Assembly (NCBI GenBank): GCA_965112155.1 | Contig: OZ218100.1 | Length of the DNA stretch: 64,000 bases | Source of the DNA: Podarcis liolepis | Taxonomy: Eukaryota | Strand: one strand, 5' to 3' | Shown: in pieces, positions 48,620-62,314 of the stretch | Position numbering within the stretch: position 1 is the first letter of the stretch | Layout: each line of letters starts with the position of its first letter | Notes under the pieces: model-generated | What the model was told of the DNA's origin: nothing | Database searches by the model: none | What the model saw: the letters and a program-made list of their open reading frames with translations, nothing else | Position numbers and translations under genes: made by a program

Positions 48620-50507
48620 CTGCAAGACAAAAACAATAATTTAAGTTTGATTTTGGAAAATATTGTGGTAGGTAAGATCTTCATTAATTACAGTGGATGC
48701 ATTTATGAAGGATATAACTCTTTCGTTTAGTTAGAGGAGGGATTTTTCCTCCATACCTGGGATGCAACCTGTTTCAGTATTCAGCTTCAGGAAGGAATTT
48801 TCCGTCAAATCAAATTTTTTGCGAAAAATAGTGGATACCTTGGTCAGAGTCATTTCAGTTCTTTTCTAAACCCTAACTGTGCAGTCTCATCTCTCTGCTA
48901 GGGATAGGGCTAATCTCATGGGGATATTTTATGAAATGAAAGGGAGTTAAATGCGTTGAGATCCTGTAAAGGGTTGGGCTAATTGTCCTTCATAATAACA
49001 GAAGAGAAGGCTGCTGGATCATGCCAAGGACCCATCTAGTCCAGCACCTTACTTCCACGAGGTCTAACGCTGCACCAAGAGTTAAATTATTCCTTAGATC
49101 GTACATTGTCTGGTCTTCACACAGTCTCTTTTTAACATTCACAATTAGAGGAACATCTTTTCTAGAGGTCCACATACTGTCTGCAGGTCTCAATTTTCGC
49201 AAGGTCCATCAATACCACCTCTCAATCAGTTACTCCATCAATAGCACTATAAGGCTTTAAATTCTTTAAAGACTGATGTCTGGCTAGACTGACTCAGCAA
49301 AGCACATCCCCACTGGTATAAGTAGCATAGCTGCAGCCAGGAAATTAAGAGAAACCTAAGGATGTATAGTGTCTCCAGTGAGCACCTAGCAGACCCTGCA
49401 AAGCAGAAGTAGATGGCAGTACTCTATCTGAATGAAAATGTTACCCATAGTTCAATCATTACCTAAGAGGAGATGCATCAGTGTAGATGATATTATATAC
49501 AATTACATTTTAAGCAGCAAAATAAAGGAGTTGATGTTAAGAAAGAGAAGTGAACATAAAAAGAGGTAAGTAACCAGTGGTAATTTCAGGGAACAACAGG
49601 GGACAAAAGGACTTATTCATTTCCCTGCTGACAGAATTAATGAGATACAAATTCTAGGGACCATTGAAATCATTCACAGAGTAAACCTGAATTTATTTCG
49701 CTCCCCAATTTTGGGTTCACATTTTGGCAAGTTTCCCTTTGTGTAGAAGACCTATTCCAATTCCTTAAAACAGAAGAGGGATTTCAAGCAAAAAATGCAA
49801 CAAAAACTCAGGACTTTAATATCAATAAGCTATTCCCCATGACTTCAGTCTAAAGTTATTGCAACAGACCCCTCTCACCCATTTGAATTTAAAGTGAAAT
49901 TAATTCCTTCAACTGAAAAGGAAAAACAATAACATTTTCTACAGATTTAATATGCACATAAAGAACTACAAAGAATTGTTAGAAGAGTGAACTTGGAAAG
50001 CACTGATATTTTATGTCACAGTAATGCAGAGGAAAGATTAAGGAGGATTTCACATCATAGCATATACTAAGTGAATTGTAAAAACAACAACATTTAGATG
50101 CCTGCTGTTTTCATTTTGCTGAAATCCACGACATTTCACACATGCCGATAGTAATATAGCAAAACGTGAGATAAAAAACACAAAATGATGCCTGTTCAGC
50201 TGCTGACTTTTCAGGACAAGAAAGGGCAAGTTGTTATGCAAGCCTTGCCTGTTCATGGGAAAAGAAAAAACAACAAAACAGAAGCAACGATTATCTGGCT
50301 GAAAACGGGCAGCTAACAAAGTTTTCATCCAAGAGGGGGCAAGATTGGATTTTCTTCAAAACAAAATAATCCTATTAACTGCAAAGGTACCGTAAGTGCT
50401 TGTCACAGATTTCAAACTAATATTTCTTACTCATGGTACAGCACTGCATATACACCAAGGTAACCACTCTTAGTAAAAGTTGGTTAAAGCAATTCTAAAA
50501 AATGTTT

Positions 50508-51024
50508 AAAAACCTGAAGCATTTTTATTAGGGATTGTAGGGAAAGATCTGCCAAAAAAGCTGAAAAACATCTTCATGTACACGACAACAGCTGCGAGAG
50601 TTTTAATAGCACAAGGATGGAAGACTGAAGAAACCCCAACTAAAGAATCATGGCAAGAAAAATGGATGGACTATGCAGAACTGGCAAAACTTACATACAA
50701 GCTACGGGACAATGATAACTGTGACTTTAAAGAAGAATGGGAACCCTTACAAAGTATTTGAAGACGCAGCAAAGTGAACTGGACTCCTTGGCTGGCTTTG
50801 AATAAACATTCACAAACTTTTTATTGATAATAATCAGCTAAATAGTTTGAGGATCTATACAACTGTGTAGCATGCAGAAAACAGCACTTTTAGAGAAATC
50901 AAAGACTGGAGCTGAGGAAGTCGGGGGGTGGGTTTTGTGGGGGGAGGGACGGGGAGGGAGGAAAAATGGGGGGGAATAAGGATGATATGTTTTGTTTTAA
51001 TTTTGAATAAAAAAAGTTTTAAAA
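50508..51024 (+). mobile_element. 5'-truncated L1/Tx1-clade LINE
   Basis: ORF2 C-terminus PEAFLLGI...AARVLIAQGWK...W; G-rich 3'UTR, AATAAA and A tail; 22-bp TSD aaagcaattct(a/c)aaaaatgttt at 50486-50507 and 51025-51046. Confidence 0.9.
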
Positions 51025-53039
51025 AAAGCAATTCTCAAAAATGTTTTGCCAACCAGCTTTTAACATAGTTCTTAAACAAGAGATTGAAACCAAGCTATCC
51101 CTGGCACTATGTGTGCACCAAGCCTGAGTACGTATGTGTATGTATATATATCCCCATGTTCAACATTCACAGAAAAATGCTACCTTGTGCAAATTCTAAA
51201 ATCTTTCAAATTGTGACATCATGCATACAATAGGAATATTATACTCAACAGTGTGCCTCAAGGGATAAATGACCCAGCCTTTAGTCATAACACTGTGAGT
51301 CATTCTATGGCAGGGATTTCAGAGAAGCTGGGTATTTGCCACTGAAGGAAGCACACAAATAACTCAGAAAGAGAGAGAATAATTCACTTGAAAAAATCCC
51401 AGCACTACATGTGCCACACCCAAAATAAACCGCTCACTTTCCAAATACATGATGTGTGTTTTTTCCTTTTTACTTCTGAAAAGGCCCCTCTTCTGTCAGA
51501 CCTCTAAACAATATGGAGATAATGTGTTAGTTAACTTAATTATGATGGGCAGCACAGAAAACTCTTTCAGATATTCTCCGAGATTTTTTAGGCTGCTTTC
51601 CATAATCACCCTTGTTCTCCCCACTCCAAAAAGCCACCCCTGACGTTTGGGAGGCCTTCCGTAGTGGAATCTAATGGAGCAGAAGGGGGTGGAAATAAAA
51701 CTGGGCAACAACATTTCAATGCACAGAAGTTTGTATGCATGAGCTATTGAAGATCCAGGCACAAAAACAGAGGATAAAATGCAGCTATAAGACAGACACC
51801 AGAGAAGAGAGCTGCACAAATCAGTGGTGCTCCCTAAATATATTTTGTTCTTACAAGGTTTTGCTTAGAATGTGCTACAAAGGAGGGGGGAAAGGCTGTA
51901 AAAACTGCAACACATCTAAGAATAAAATAAAACTATGGTCTTGCGGCAGAACCAAGCTAGAGGTTGCTGTACAAAGGATGCACAAAATTTCTTATGCACA
52001 TAAGCAAGCAAACTTAAGGCCCTGTTTCTATAAATATATAACATGTTTCTTCTGGTCTTGTGGTTAAGGAAGAGAAAAGCTTAACTCATGTCTGGGATCG
52101 GAAAACATGCCTCAGCTGCTGTGCTGCACCAAGCTAAAAGGAAACGCAATGCAACTGCAAGTTCTTCTCCAGGAGTAACCTATTTTTGTACAGTCCTGGT
52201 AAACTGTGGTTTGCCTTATTATGATGTGCAAACCAGGCTAGGAAATCCTCATGTTTTTCATTCCCCCACCCTGAAGTGCAGCTTCTCCCAAACCTGGGTG
52301 CTACTTCTAAACTCCCTCAAATTTAATAAGCCACTTACAATAAAGCACTGTAAGAGGGAGTTGTTCAGAAAGAAAGGTACATGTTCTGTGCATATACAAA
52401 CCCAAATTCACATAAAAAATAAAGGATAATTACAATAGATTAACTGCTGGATCACAAATCTAAGGACAAATTCACAGCAAACACAGGACAACCACAGCAG
52501 AAAAAAGCTGGGGATGTTTACAGAGTTTGACCATCACAGATTTGCTGGCATATAACCCCAGAATATTCTCAAGCAACCCAACCTGTTTAAATTAGGGTTG
52601 CGACTGTGTTTGCAAACCAGCTGGTATTTTATTGCTCTGACCATTATTTTCTACCAGGTAACCTGTACTAGCTGCTAGAAAAAACCATCAACCTCATAAC
52701 CAGACAAGGATTCCACCCAGACAATGCCCTTGGCTGTACATTTTACCTTACCAATTCCAATCTGTGTCTACCTCAACCAGCTAAACTTCTTCAGGTTCTG
52801 CCCTGGTTCCACCTGCTGGTATCAAACTATTTTTTGGTTAACAACCCTAGTTATGCCTATGGGATTATGGTATCTGGGCAGGGTGATTATGACCTCATCT
52901 CACACTTGGTGGATGCTTGGACGTGACAATCAGAGACCAAAAGGGGGGGATAATTCATACAACCATATAGAAATAAGTTGTTCTGCCACTTCAACAAATG
53001 AAACTTAGGGGCAGCAATTGTAGGATGGGGGAAAAAAGT

Positions 53040-53307
53040 AAGTATTTCTTCACACAAGACATATCTGATGTATTGAATTTGCCAATAGGTGGTAGTGGCC
53101 ACAAGCGTAGATGGTTTTTGAAGGAGATGCTAGCTATGATGGCTATACGGAACTCCCAAGTTCTTAGGCAGTGGGCTACAGAAAACCAGTTCCTGGTGAG
53201 CAACAGAGGTTATTGTTTTCAAGCTATGCTTTGACCTTCCCATGTGTGTTTTGTTGGCCACTCTAGGAAGCAGGATGGTGCGGCTATGGCTCCTCCTATC
53301 TTCTTAT
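53040..53307 (+). mobile_element. Degenerate CR1 LINE 3' fragment
   Basis: aagtatttcttcacacaa...gtggccacaagcgtagatggttttt...ttcttat. Confidence 0.6.
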
Positions 53308-53321
53308 AACTTCCATTAAAG

Positions 53322-53518
53322 AAGAGCTTTCCAAACAGTGAGTCACAACACGTTATTGTGTTGGCTGTGGTGTGTAGGTATGTCACGCGATGTGTGTCCG
53401 TATCTCTTATAAGGGGTTAGTTTAGCCTCCAGTTTGCTAGTAAAACTGAATTACCATGTCACAAAGTGATGCATGTCTAAAATGTGCATCACCAACATGA
53501 AAAGTTTGGAAAGCTCTG
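53322..53518. mobile_element. hAT-like MITE
   Basis: TIR agagctttccaaac/gtttggaaagctct; imperfect 8-bp flanks cattaaag/aactaaag. Confidence 0.7.
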
Positions 53519-53719
53519 AACTAAAGTTTCACCATCACAGATTTGCAGGCATATAGTCCAGAATATTCAGAAGCAGCACTTCAAAACACTGCACCCCACA
53601 AAGTATGTCTTAATTGCTTAAATGGAGGGGTAAAGGGCATAACAAACCACCTTAACAGTAAAATTAAGATGCTGCAGGTCACTGTTAATGAATTCTTGAA
53701 AAGTGAGTAAACTCAAGAC

Positions 53720-53855
53720 TGGAATTGGGGAACCTGTGACCCTTAAGATGCTGTTGGGTAATATTCCTATAATTCCTGAACACTGGCCATGCTGGCGGGG
53801 GCTGATGGGATCTGGGAGTACAACAACTGGATGGCCACATATTCCTCATACCTGC
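53720..53855. mobile_element. Degenerate palindromic MITE (same family as 25506)
   Basis: ggggaacctgtgaccc...ggccatgctggcgggggctgatggga. Confidence 0.65.
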
Positions 53856-55204
53856 CCTAGATTCTGTCAGACTCAATCCTATCACTTGCCAGATTCACCC
53901 AGAAAATGCTCTACAACGTACCTTCGCGATTCCATCTTCTCTACTCCAAACTGCTAGACTTCTCTAGGTTATACTCTGCTCCACTTCCTGGCCCCACAGT
54001 ATTTTTCAAACCAAATGTATACAACTCTAGTTGTAACCATAGGATTATGATACCTGGTCAGGGTGATTATGATGACATAATAACTTTATCCAGCACTTGG
54101 ACATGACTACCAAGCAGGCAAAAATAAAGGCCAATTCATACAGCCATATGAATTGGCCTCACATTTGCTTGCCAACAGTTAGATCCAAGGAATTGGTACA
54201 ATAAAAACATGAGCAACAATGCATGACTGATGCTATTCAGTTAAAAAAAAAAAAGCTGCCTTTAAGCAGTAAATATGCACAAGCATTTTCGGGACAGGCA
54301 ATTAGCCAAAACAGTTTTAATCTCCCGAGAAGCAGGTTTAATGCTGTGCTTAGAATGCTGTGCTTAGAATGCTGTGATTAATCTTTGACTGAAGCAAAAA
54401 GAAATGGTATGGTGATATCTCTTAGTCCACATAAAAGTACCGGTAGGTCTCCTATTCTGGGAGTATTACTATCAGCAGAGGAGCCAAGGCTGGAAGTGTA
54501 AAATTAAGTGAACACCCAAGTATAATCTTGTTTGTTTTTTTAATTGCTGTAATTAGATAATGCATGCACATATGAAAAATTCCTAGCCTCCATACTCATA
54601 AAGGATAATAATGGACAGGTGCGTGAGACAGCCATACATTTCTCTGCACGAGGGAATTGCTAAAAGCCATCAAAGACCATGCCAGGACATGCGCTGCTCA
54701 TTAAAAATAATGCACGTGACTGAAGAAGGAATGGAAAGATTTCTGATTTAGACAACGCCTGTCACACCTTCTCACTGAAGAGGCTTCACTTACAGAAAAT
54801 GTTGTGATTCCATTAGACCATATTTAGTCTAAAATGAAATAAATTATGCAAAAGTCAGGATGACATATTAAATGCTTTAGATGTAAGTTTAGCTCAATTT
54901 GGTGTGCACCTTTGCATTTTGACATATTACCTCACTTACACAACCCACCTTTAGCCTTATTAGTGACTATACCTCATTCATGAGGAAATATGAGTGCATT
55001 TCAATTGTTCAAAGCCAACTGCCTACATTTCCTCAGTAACCCTTCAAACATTAACTGCAAGTTAGGCCTGCTTGATTATTGCCATATTGCAAACAGCTAG
55101 CCTACTGATAAACAAGAAGATCTGAACAGAATAAATTTCAGACCCTTCATTCACACTCTTAGCTATTATTTCACAGCAGTGGTGGCTTCTTCCTCCATCT
55201 AGCA

Positions 55205-55588
55205 CAGGGGTCCCCAACCTGCAGCCCATGGGCCGGAAGCGGCCCACAGAAGCTGTTTAACTGGCCCACGAGCTGCCCCCGAACCAAGCCGCCTGCTTGG
55301 TGAGTCCCTGCGTGCTGAGCTAAACTGGCACAGCATGGGGACTCTCTTCCGGAGCTCTGGAAATCACTTCTACACATGCCCAGGTGCCAGAAATCGCAGC
55401 TGCGCAAGTCTGTGGCGCCGGAAATCGCTTTTGCGCAGGCACGATTTTCGACGTCTGGGCATGCGCAGAAGAGATTTCCAGTGCCACAGATGCACAGATG
55501 CGATTTTCAGCGGCACGCTGCGCCAGCCTGGCCCACGGAGGTTCTTTGCAGGAGTGATCCGGCCTATGCCCGGTAAGCCTTGCCCCTG
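55205..55588. mobile_element. hAT non-autonomous DNA transposon
   Basis: cagggg...cccctg ends; perfect 8-bp TSD atctagca (55197-55204, 55589-55596); CpG-rich interior. Confidence 0.9.
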
Positions 55589-56773
55589 ATCTAGCAGAAG
55601 GACTTTCTCCTTCATATCTTCACATTCACTAAACACAACGGGAAAGATCCAGCTAATCCTTTCTCTAGAAAATATTATTATGTACAGGATTCACCTAATG
55701 AGCCCCATCAACAGAAGCCCTGTGCAAAGACTTCCACTTGAACAATGGGGCTTTCCCCCTCCTCTCCCCCCAAATTGGCGGGGGCGTGCGCGGTGGAGGC
55801 AGAATAATCCCTAGAAAAACACAAGGGGAGAGAAGAGAGGGGAATGTTCCATTTGGCAAGCTCAAATGCTTGCTCAGAGAGAATAACTGGAAGAGCGTGA
55901 TGTAGAATTCCATCCATATAATCCATCCACGTTGCCTTGGAAGCAGAGTTGAATGGGAAGCACATTCCAGCTTCTAGTACCTGCTTGGAAACTAAGGGCC
56001 ACTGGGAGGCTGCATCCCATGCCTTGTATAAACAACACTGCAGCAAGTGCAAGGCCAACCTGGCCCCATCCATCGGGCAGAGAAAGGAGCAGCTTCTCCC
56101 TGCCTGCCTGTTGCTCTGGGGCTGCAGAACCAAAGGAAGACCATGCTCTAGCAAAGCTATATAGGCCAAAGGACTAAGGACTGCTGCTGCTGCTGCGTGC
56201 GCTCTCTTTGGCTTTGTTTGTTTTTGTATTATTACAGCCTGCTGTTTGTACTGTAATTCACATTGAGAATCATTTGATTGATTGGCAGGGTGTATTTACT
56301 CAGAGTAAGTAAATAAATAATGAAAAATTTTATCCACAAAGTGCTCTCAAAATTCTAACCCCCAGTTTAGATCTCTCACCAACTGTTCACACATACAGCA
56401 ACATAAGGGTTGGAAGATGGTGACAAAATAAGTTTGCTTAAGGTGGTAGTAAAGAAATCTCAGCACTCTTCAAATCCAAATTTTTGCACTGATGGGCACA
56501 GTATCTTATCACTGTGAAGTTAAAAAACCACTTGGACAATTAGGCAATGACTGCCTTGAAAAGGAAATATAGCACAACTTTCCCATGCTAAGAAAAAGGG
56601 AGTCATGTAATCAAAGAGCTAAATGACCTTTTTTTTTTTTAAAGTAACACTGGAACTGAAGGAATGTAACCACCAGGATTTATTCCTTCTAAGCCTTGTC
56701 CCCAGCTAGGGATGAATGAATAAATTAACATTAGTGGATAAGTAAAATTAATTAATAACTTCCAACAGGTATT

Positions 56774-57203
56774 GGCAGATGAAAATGATGGATATTTCGG
56801 AGCTGGCCGATCTGACCGGAAGAGTCTGCGACCAGAAGGGGGAGGAGTACCAGGAAGAATGGACGAAATTTAAAGACTATTTAGTTAAATATGTTAAGTT
56901 AAATTAATTAGAGATGCTTGCAAAAAACAGATAGGCTTAGGATTGAAATGGGTAATGTGATGAATTAATATGTTTAGTGTGGAATTTGAAAGAAAGAAAG
57001 ATGTTAAGTGATTAAGTTAATTTTATAAGAATATTGGTTTTGGAAAACCGTTAGAATGATATCCACTGAAATTCAACCAGAGGGATACGAGGAAGTCATT
57101 TAACAATGTTACTAAGTTTGGTTTAAATATGGTTGAGATTTATGCTTGTTTATTTGTTTGTTTAAAAAAATTTTGGAAAATAAAAAAAAATGGGGAAAAA
57201 CCC
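56774..57203 (+). mobile_element. 5'-truncated L1/Tx1-clade LINE
   Basis: WQMKMMDISELADLTGR...EEWTKFKDYL ORF2 end, A-rich tail; perfect 17-bp TSD aacttccaacaggtatt (56757-56773, 57204-57220). Confidence 0.9.
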
Positions 57204-59986
57204 AACTTCCAACAGGTATTTTAGCTATTCATCTACTGCGCTTTAAGAAAAGGGGATGTCTCCAAATGTTCTCCACCTAAAGGGTAGTGGGCATCTTCCC
57301 AAAATTCCACAATGCAGCACCAGAAGGAAAGAGCTGCCACTTTGGCAAGGCAATGCACCCTAATCCCTCTTCAAAGTACTAAATGAACCTAGCTTAATAA
57401 GATCTGAAAGAATCAGAGGCATGGCACAGGCCACCCTAATATAATATTTTGCTAGTGCTTAAGCCTAAGAAACATTAGAATGAAATGGCCTGCACAATTA
57501 TTAATAAAGTTGCAGACACCTTAGCATTCTGAAATGTAGCATGATCCAACCGAAGTTAAACACGTGTAGCGACTGCTGGCTTATGCTCCATTTCTTTAAG
57601 TGTAAATATATAAAGCGACTTAGTGCTAAGATCCACTATGAAAAAGTATGCCTGTAGAGTACATTAAAGACATTTGAATCAACCTGGAAGCTTAGTTCCC
57701 TTTCTCAGTCTGAAAATCCTTAGTATTGAGGGCTCCATTGTAGCCAAGACATGTAGGGTCCTCACAAAACGTCTCTATTCAATAAAATGAGGCTTACCAC
57801 ATTCCTTCCTTCTCCCCCTCTTAGTAGAGCTTTTATTTTCCCTTCAAAAGATAAGGCAATGGTAAGCTATTCTTTAGAAAATGGCAAGCAGAAACTAGCA
57901 ATTGCAAAAAAATAAAATAAAAAATCTTTTGTCTTCCTTTCAAACGTATCTCATAGCAACCCAAGGCTTGACACTTAGTAATGTTTTGTTTCTTTCTGAT
58001 TTGTAGCTGGAGGCAGTCAACAAGTTGCGGCAGATGTTGGCATCACCGCTTCTCCTATCCTCAAGGAATGTACTCAAGTTAGATCCTGATCGCCTGCAAC
58101 ATGTTTTAACATCACTATGGTACGGCGTGTGCCAGCATTTGTCCTGCAGCCTGGCATGAAACAGAAGTTCTAAACCAAAGCTCCGCTGCGTATGACTGGT
58201 TTGCCTTGAAGGAGGGTTCAGACTTTTGAAAACTTTCCCCACCTAGAATTCTTTTCCTGTTCTTCTGCCACATTTGTAAACATCTGGGAGCTCACATGGC
58301 TGTGTCTGCTGCATGAAATCATCTGCAGGGTTAAATTTCTGCTTCTGCATGTGGCCTTTTGTTGGCTTCTCTTCCTATTCTTTGCAGGGAGGGCTACTGT
58401 TCCACACCTCCCCATACCGATAAAGCTTTTAAATAGCCCATTCAAGTCAAAGGAAGCCTTCCCAGCACTTTCAAAAGGCCCGGAATTGGTCTCTTAACAT
58501 TCCCTTTCTAACGTAATCGTAAACCATTCAGAGATGCAGCCAGTAAATATCTTTACCATTTCTTTGCCCTTCTGGGTAATAATTCCCAACCTTTTCAATA
58601 TCCTTCCTATAATGTTGTGCCAAGAACAGTACACAATAGTCCAGGTGCGCTCTTCACTAATGTCTCTGTTATAGGAGCAATTTTCCTGTGCACACCTTCT
58701 CCCCAAGTTTCTGTCCTCCTGGCTGCTACCAGATAATCCAATTTATTGGCATTCACCAAATTGTATGAAATGAGTGAGCAGTAGGAAAATAAAGTGGGGA
58801 AATGCATGTTGAATGAACAAGACAAAGGACCCTTTTATAGTTACATCTCACGTATGCACCTTTACAATGTACACAAAACATCTTGACCTCTGCTGCCCAA
58901 GGACTCCTTAGTGCCCACGCACAATTTAAATGCAGTCTAAATATGCATTTGCTTGCGTTGTGCCCTCCTTAGCCTTGCCTCTCCCCATCTCTTCCCTCTC
59001 TCTGCTGGTTTATGTCTCTCACTGTGACCTTCTCACTCAGCTTCTGATGTGTTTGCCCTGCCTTAATGTAGGTTATAGGCATGGCTGTTTGAGATCCATG
59101 TGAATCTCCATCACAAGGCAACTGCTCAGTTACCTGGGGTGGTGAAATGAGCATGAGCTAACACAAGAGGGAGACAGCACTTAGAAAGCAAGTACAGATT
59201 ATTTATTCATATGTGCAGTTAGTGGAAAGAAAGCAACAAAAAACAAACACTCTCCCAGATCTTCTTGAGAAGCATGTGTCATGAAGACCCCAAAAAGATA
59301 TTCTACTTCAGACACATGGAACAGGCAGACACAATTCTTGTTGTACAATGTTGTTGAAGAATTACACAATAAAGAGCCATTATTTTATTAGTCAATAATC
59401 CTTATAACATGCGAACAACAAAAACAACAACAACAAAAAACACTTGTAGGTCTATAAACAACTGAGAAGCCTCTCTGTCTTTGTCCTTTTCGCTCATTCT
59501 CACACTACTTTTTCGAATTCCACTCCCAAAGCAAACCTCCCTGATTCACTGACTTGGAATGCTGCTGTCTATTACATGCAGCTTCCTCCCCAACACGCTA
59601 AAAAGGCTAAGTAATGCATTATACATGAAAACAAGGAGGGGCTGAAAGATCTGTCTCTGGAGCCTATTGTCTGTTGGACTCTGGGAACCAGAGGCCTAAC
59701 ACATTTACACATGGATATTCTAGGGCTGCAAATTCTAACAGCACCACTGTGTCCCACTATCCCAGAGACAGACCTCAATGCCCCTAATTACTATGACACT
59801 TGTTCCAGTTGGCTGCCACATCTTGTAGCTCCTTTGAAGAAGGAAAACCAGCCAAGAACTACAGAACTCGGGGACTTGTAGTTCATCACATGTTACACAG
59901 GGTAAGACACCTCTCTCAGTCTCTCAAAGTATAGCTAGAGTTTATTGTACAATCACTCTCCCTGCTTCACTCCCCTGGTTCTAACA

Positions 59987-60236
59987 CAGGGATCAGCAAC
60001 CTTTTTCAGCCGTGGGCCGGTCCACCGTCCCTCAGACCATATGGTGTGCTGGACTATATTTTGAAAAAAATAATGAACCAATTCCTATGCCCCACAAATA
60101 ACCCAGAGATGCATTTTAAATAAAAGCACACATTCTACTCATGTAAAAACATGCTGATTCCCGGGCCATCCGTGAGCCGGATTGAGAAGGTGATTGGGCT
60201 GCATCCAGCCCACGGGCCTTAGACTGCCTACCCCTG
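59987..60236. mobile_element. hAT non-autonomous DNA transposon
   Basis: caggg...cccctg ends; perfect 8-bp TSD ttctaaca (59979-59986, 60237-60244). Confidence 0.9.
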
Positions 60237-60324
60237 TTCTAACACCATTTCTGATTGGCTGCTACATACCTCAAAAGATCTTGCAAGATCAGGACAACTC
60301 CACACAGACACTGGAATACTAGTA

Positions 60325-60560
60325 CAGTGGTGCCTCGGGTTACATACGCTTCAGGTTACATACGCTTCAGGTTACAGACTCCGCTAACCCAGAAATAGTA
60401 CCTCGGGTTAAGAACTTTGCTTCAGGATGAGAACAGACATCGTGCTCCAGCGGTGCAGCGGCAGGCCCCATTAGCTAAAGTGGTGCTTCAGGTTAAGAAC
60501 AGTTCCAGGTTAAGAACGGTCCTCCGGAACGAATTAAGTACTTAACCTGAGGTACCACTG
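60325..60560. mobile_element. Tc1/mariner (Tigger/pogo-like) MITE
   Basis: TIR cagtggtgcctc/gaggtaccactg, TA duplication; reverse-orientation sibling of 35118-35348. Confidence 0.9.
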
Positions 60561-61455
60561 TATGCATAAACATCCCCAAGCAACCTCAACTGTTTTCCTT
60601 GTGGTGACTTCCCATTGTTGGCAACCCAGTTCCAACATTGCTGGGTCCAACGTATCTTTCATTTAATACTTATGTAACCCATATGTAGCTGTTTTTCATA
60701 TTCTATCGTTCAAATCCATCTATAATTGTCCTGTTTCTGGAGCAGCAGAGTATGGAAGTCTTGCAGTTCTCCAAACCACTATGTTCCACTGCCGTGTTTA
60801 CAAGAGGCAGACAGGAAGTAACATAGGCATCCACACAAGCTGAGACCTTTAACCTATCCTGCTCCTTCTACACATGATAGCAACATAAAGCACATACTCA
60901 TTCAGTTCCTCATGCTGGGCAGGCTACCGGTATCTTAAAATTTCTCTCTTGTGGGAACACGATCTCTGTTAGATCCTGTCATCGGATGAGGAAACAGCAA
61001 CTAAGTTCAGCGCTGCAAGGGAATGTTCTTTTCCCATAAGCTGTGTTATTCCTGTCTCTCTCATATATATAGAAAGAGAGAGCGCATCTAGGCAACCCAA
61101 ATTCTGTGCTGAGAAAAACAAAATCGCTGATCAGAGAAAGCATATTGCATAATTTCTCTTCATGATTGATTTTTCATTTCACATAATTTGCCTTGGCTTT
61201 ACTAGATCAGGAGCGGCAAGGAACTTTCCAATGCACATATGCCCCATTGTACCCAACTATGGACCATACTCTCAGTCTGTTTTCTGGATTCCAAGATTTC
61301 CGCAGATATTTAACAAGCATTTTCAAGCATATCTTCAACAGGCAGAAAGTTTTAAAAGTAAAAACTGAGTTTTTTGAGAAATAAACTTCTGTGCCCAATG
61401 CCATATTATGTTGTTGTTTTCCTGCAGTCCCTACAGAAACAAAATCTTGTATCTA

Positions 61456-61810
61456 CAGTGGTGCCTCGCAAGATGAAATTAATTCGTTCCGCGAGTTTTT
61501 TCGTCTTGCGGTTTTTTTCGTCTTGCGAAGCACGGTGTCAGAAAAGTTTTGGAAAAGCTTCAAAAATCAGCAAAGTCTTCAAAAACCTCAAAAAAGGCTA
61601 CCACACCGCGTGCTATGAGTTGCTCCTCGAAGTCAAGTCGCAACTGTATTAACGGTTTTAAGAAAAAGGAAACAAACTTGCAAGACGTTTCCGTCTTGCG
61701 AAGCAAGCCCATAGGGAAAATCGTCTTGCGAAGCAACTCAAAAAACCAAAAACCCTTTCGTTTTGCGAGTTTTCCGTCTTGCGAGGCATTCGTCTTGTGA
61801 GGTACCACTG
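61456..61810. mobile_element. Tc1/mariner (Tigger/pogo-like) MITE, different subfamily
   Basis: TIR cagtggtgcctcgcaaga/tcttgtgaggtaccactg, TA duplication, repeated cgtcttgcg motifs. Confidence 0.9.
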
Positions 61811-62147
61811 TATCTATTCCTTGGCTATTATAAAGCTACATGAGTGCTCTTTTTGTCAGCAGTTTGGACAACTATATCAAGGCCCAGGAAGTCTGATTTC
61901 CCAGGCAGTCTGAGCCTAAGGTACGCCTCCTCCAATGCTTAAGAAGCTGACCATCCCTGGTTTAGAAGGAACAGCATTGTCCAATCAGCTGTGAAGCAAG
62001 CAGTCAAAAAACTGTAGTATTCCAACCAACAGAAAGCAGCAGGACACATATTGTAAGAGATAGGGCCTTTGATACATACGGTCTTATTTTTTACTCAGGT
62101 TATTTCCATAAGCACTCTTTACAACATCTAAACAAGTGTGTGCTTAC

Positions 62148-62314
62148 CTGTATTTATGAATGATGGCATTAAATAATTTCCCATCTCGCCAGCAGGTAGT
62201 GAAATTTTCACAACGAATACCAGCATAACCCTCAGTTGTCTGCTGTGTCCACAGGAGCAATCTCTCTTTAGCAGACATGTCCTCTGACTCTCCAGTAACA
62301 TGGATGTCAGAAAT
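62148..62314 (-). CDS. DST: Dystonin actin-binding domain exon, CH2 start [55 protein letters not shown](R)
   Basis: atacag|ATT ... AG|gtaagc; 167 nt; calponin-homology signature; missed by ORF track. Confidence 0.96.

Noticed and set aside
50576-50761. 61-aa ORF as an independent gene
   Set aside because: It is the C-terminus of L1 ORF2 in a truncated insertion.
59124-59150. Overlapping acceptor/donor ccccag|gtaact (possible recursive splice site)
   Set aside because: Single short motif in a 13.5-kb intron; expected by chance and no supporting exon.
61456-61810. Repeated cgtcttgcg units resembling a CRISPR-like array
   Set aside because: Irregular spacing, 9-bp unit, inside a TIR-bounded MITE in a vertebrate intron.
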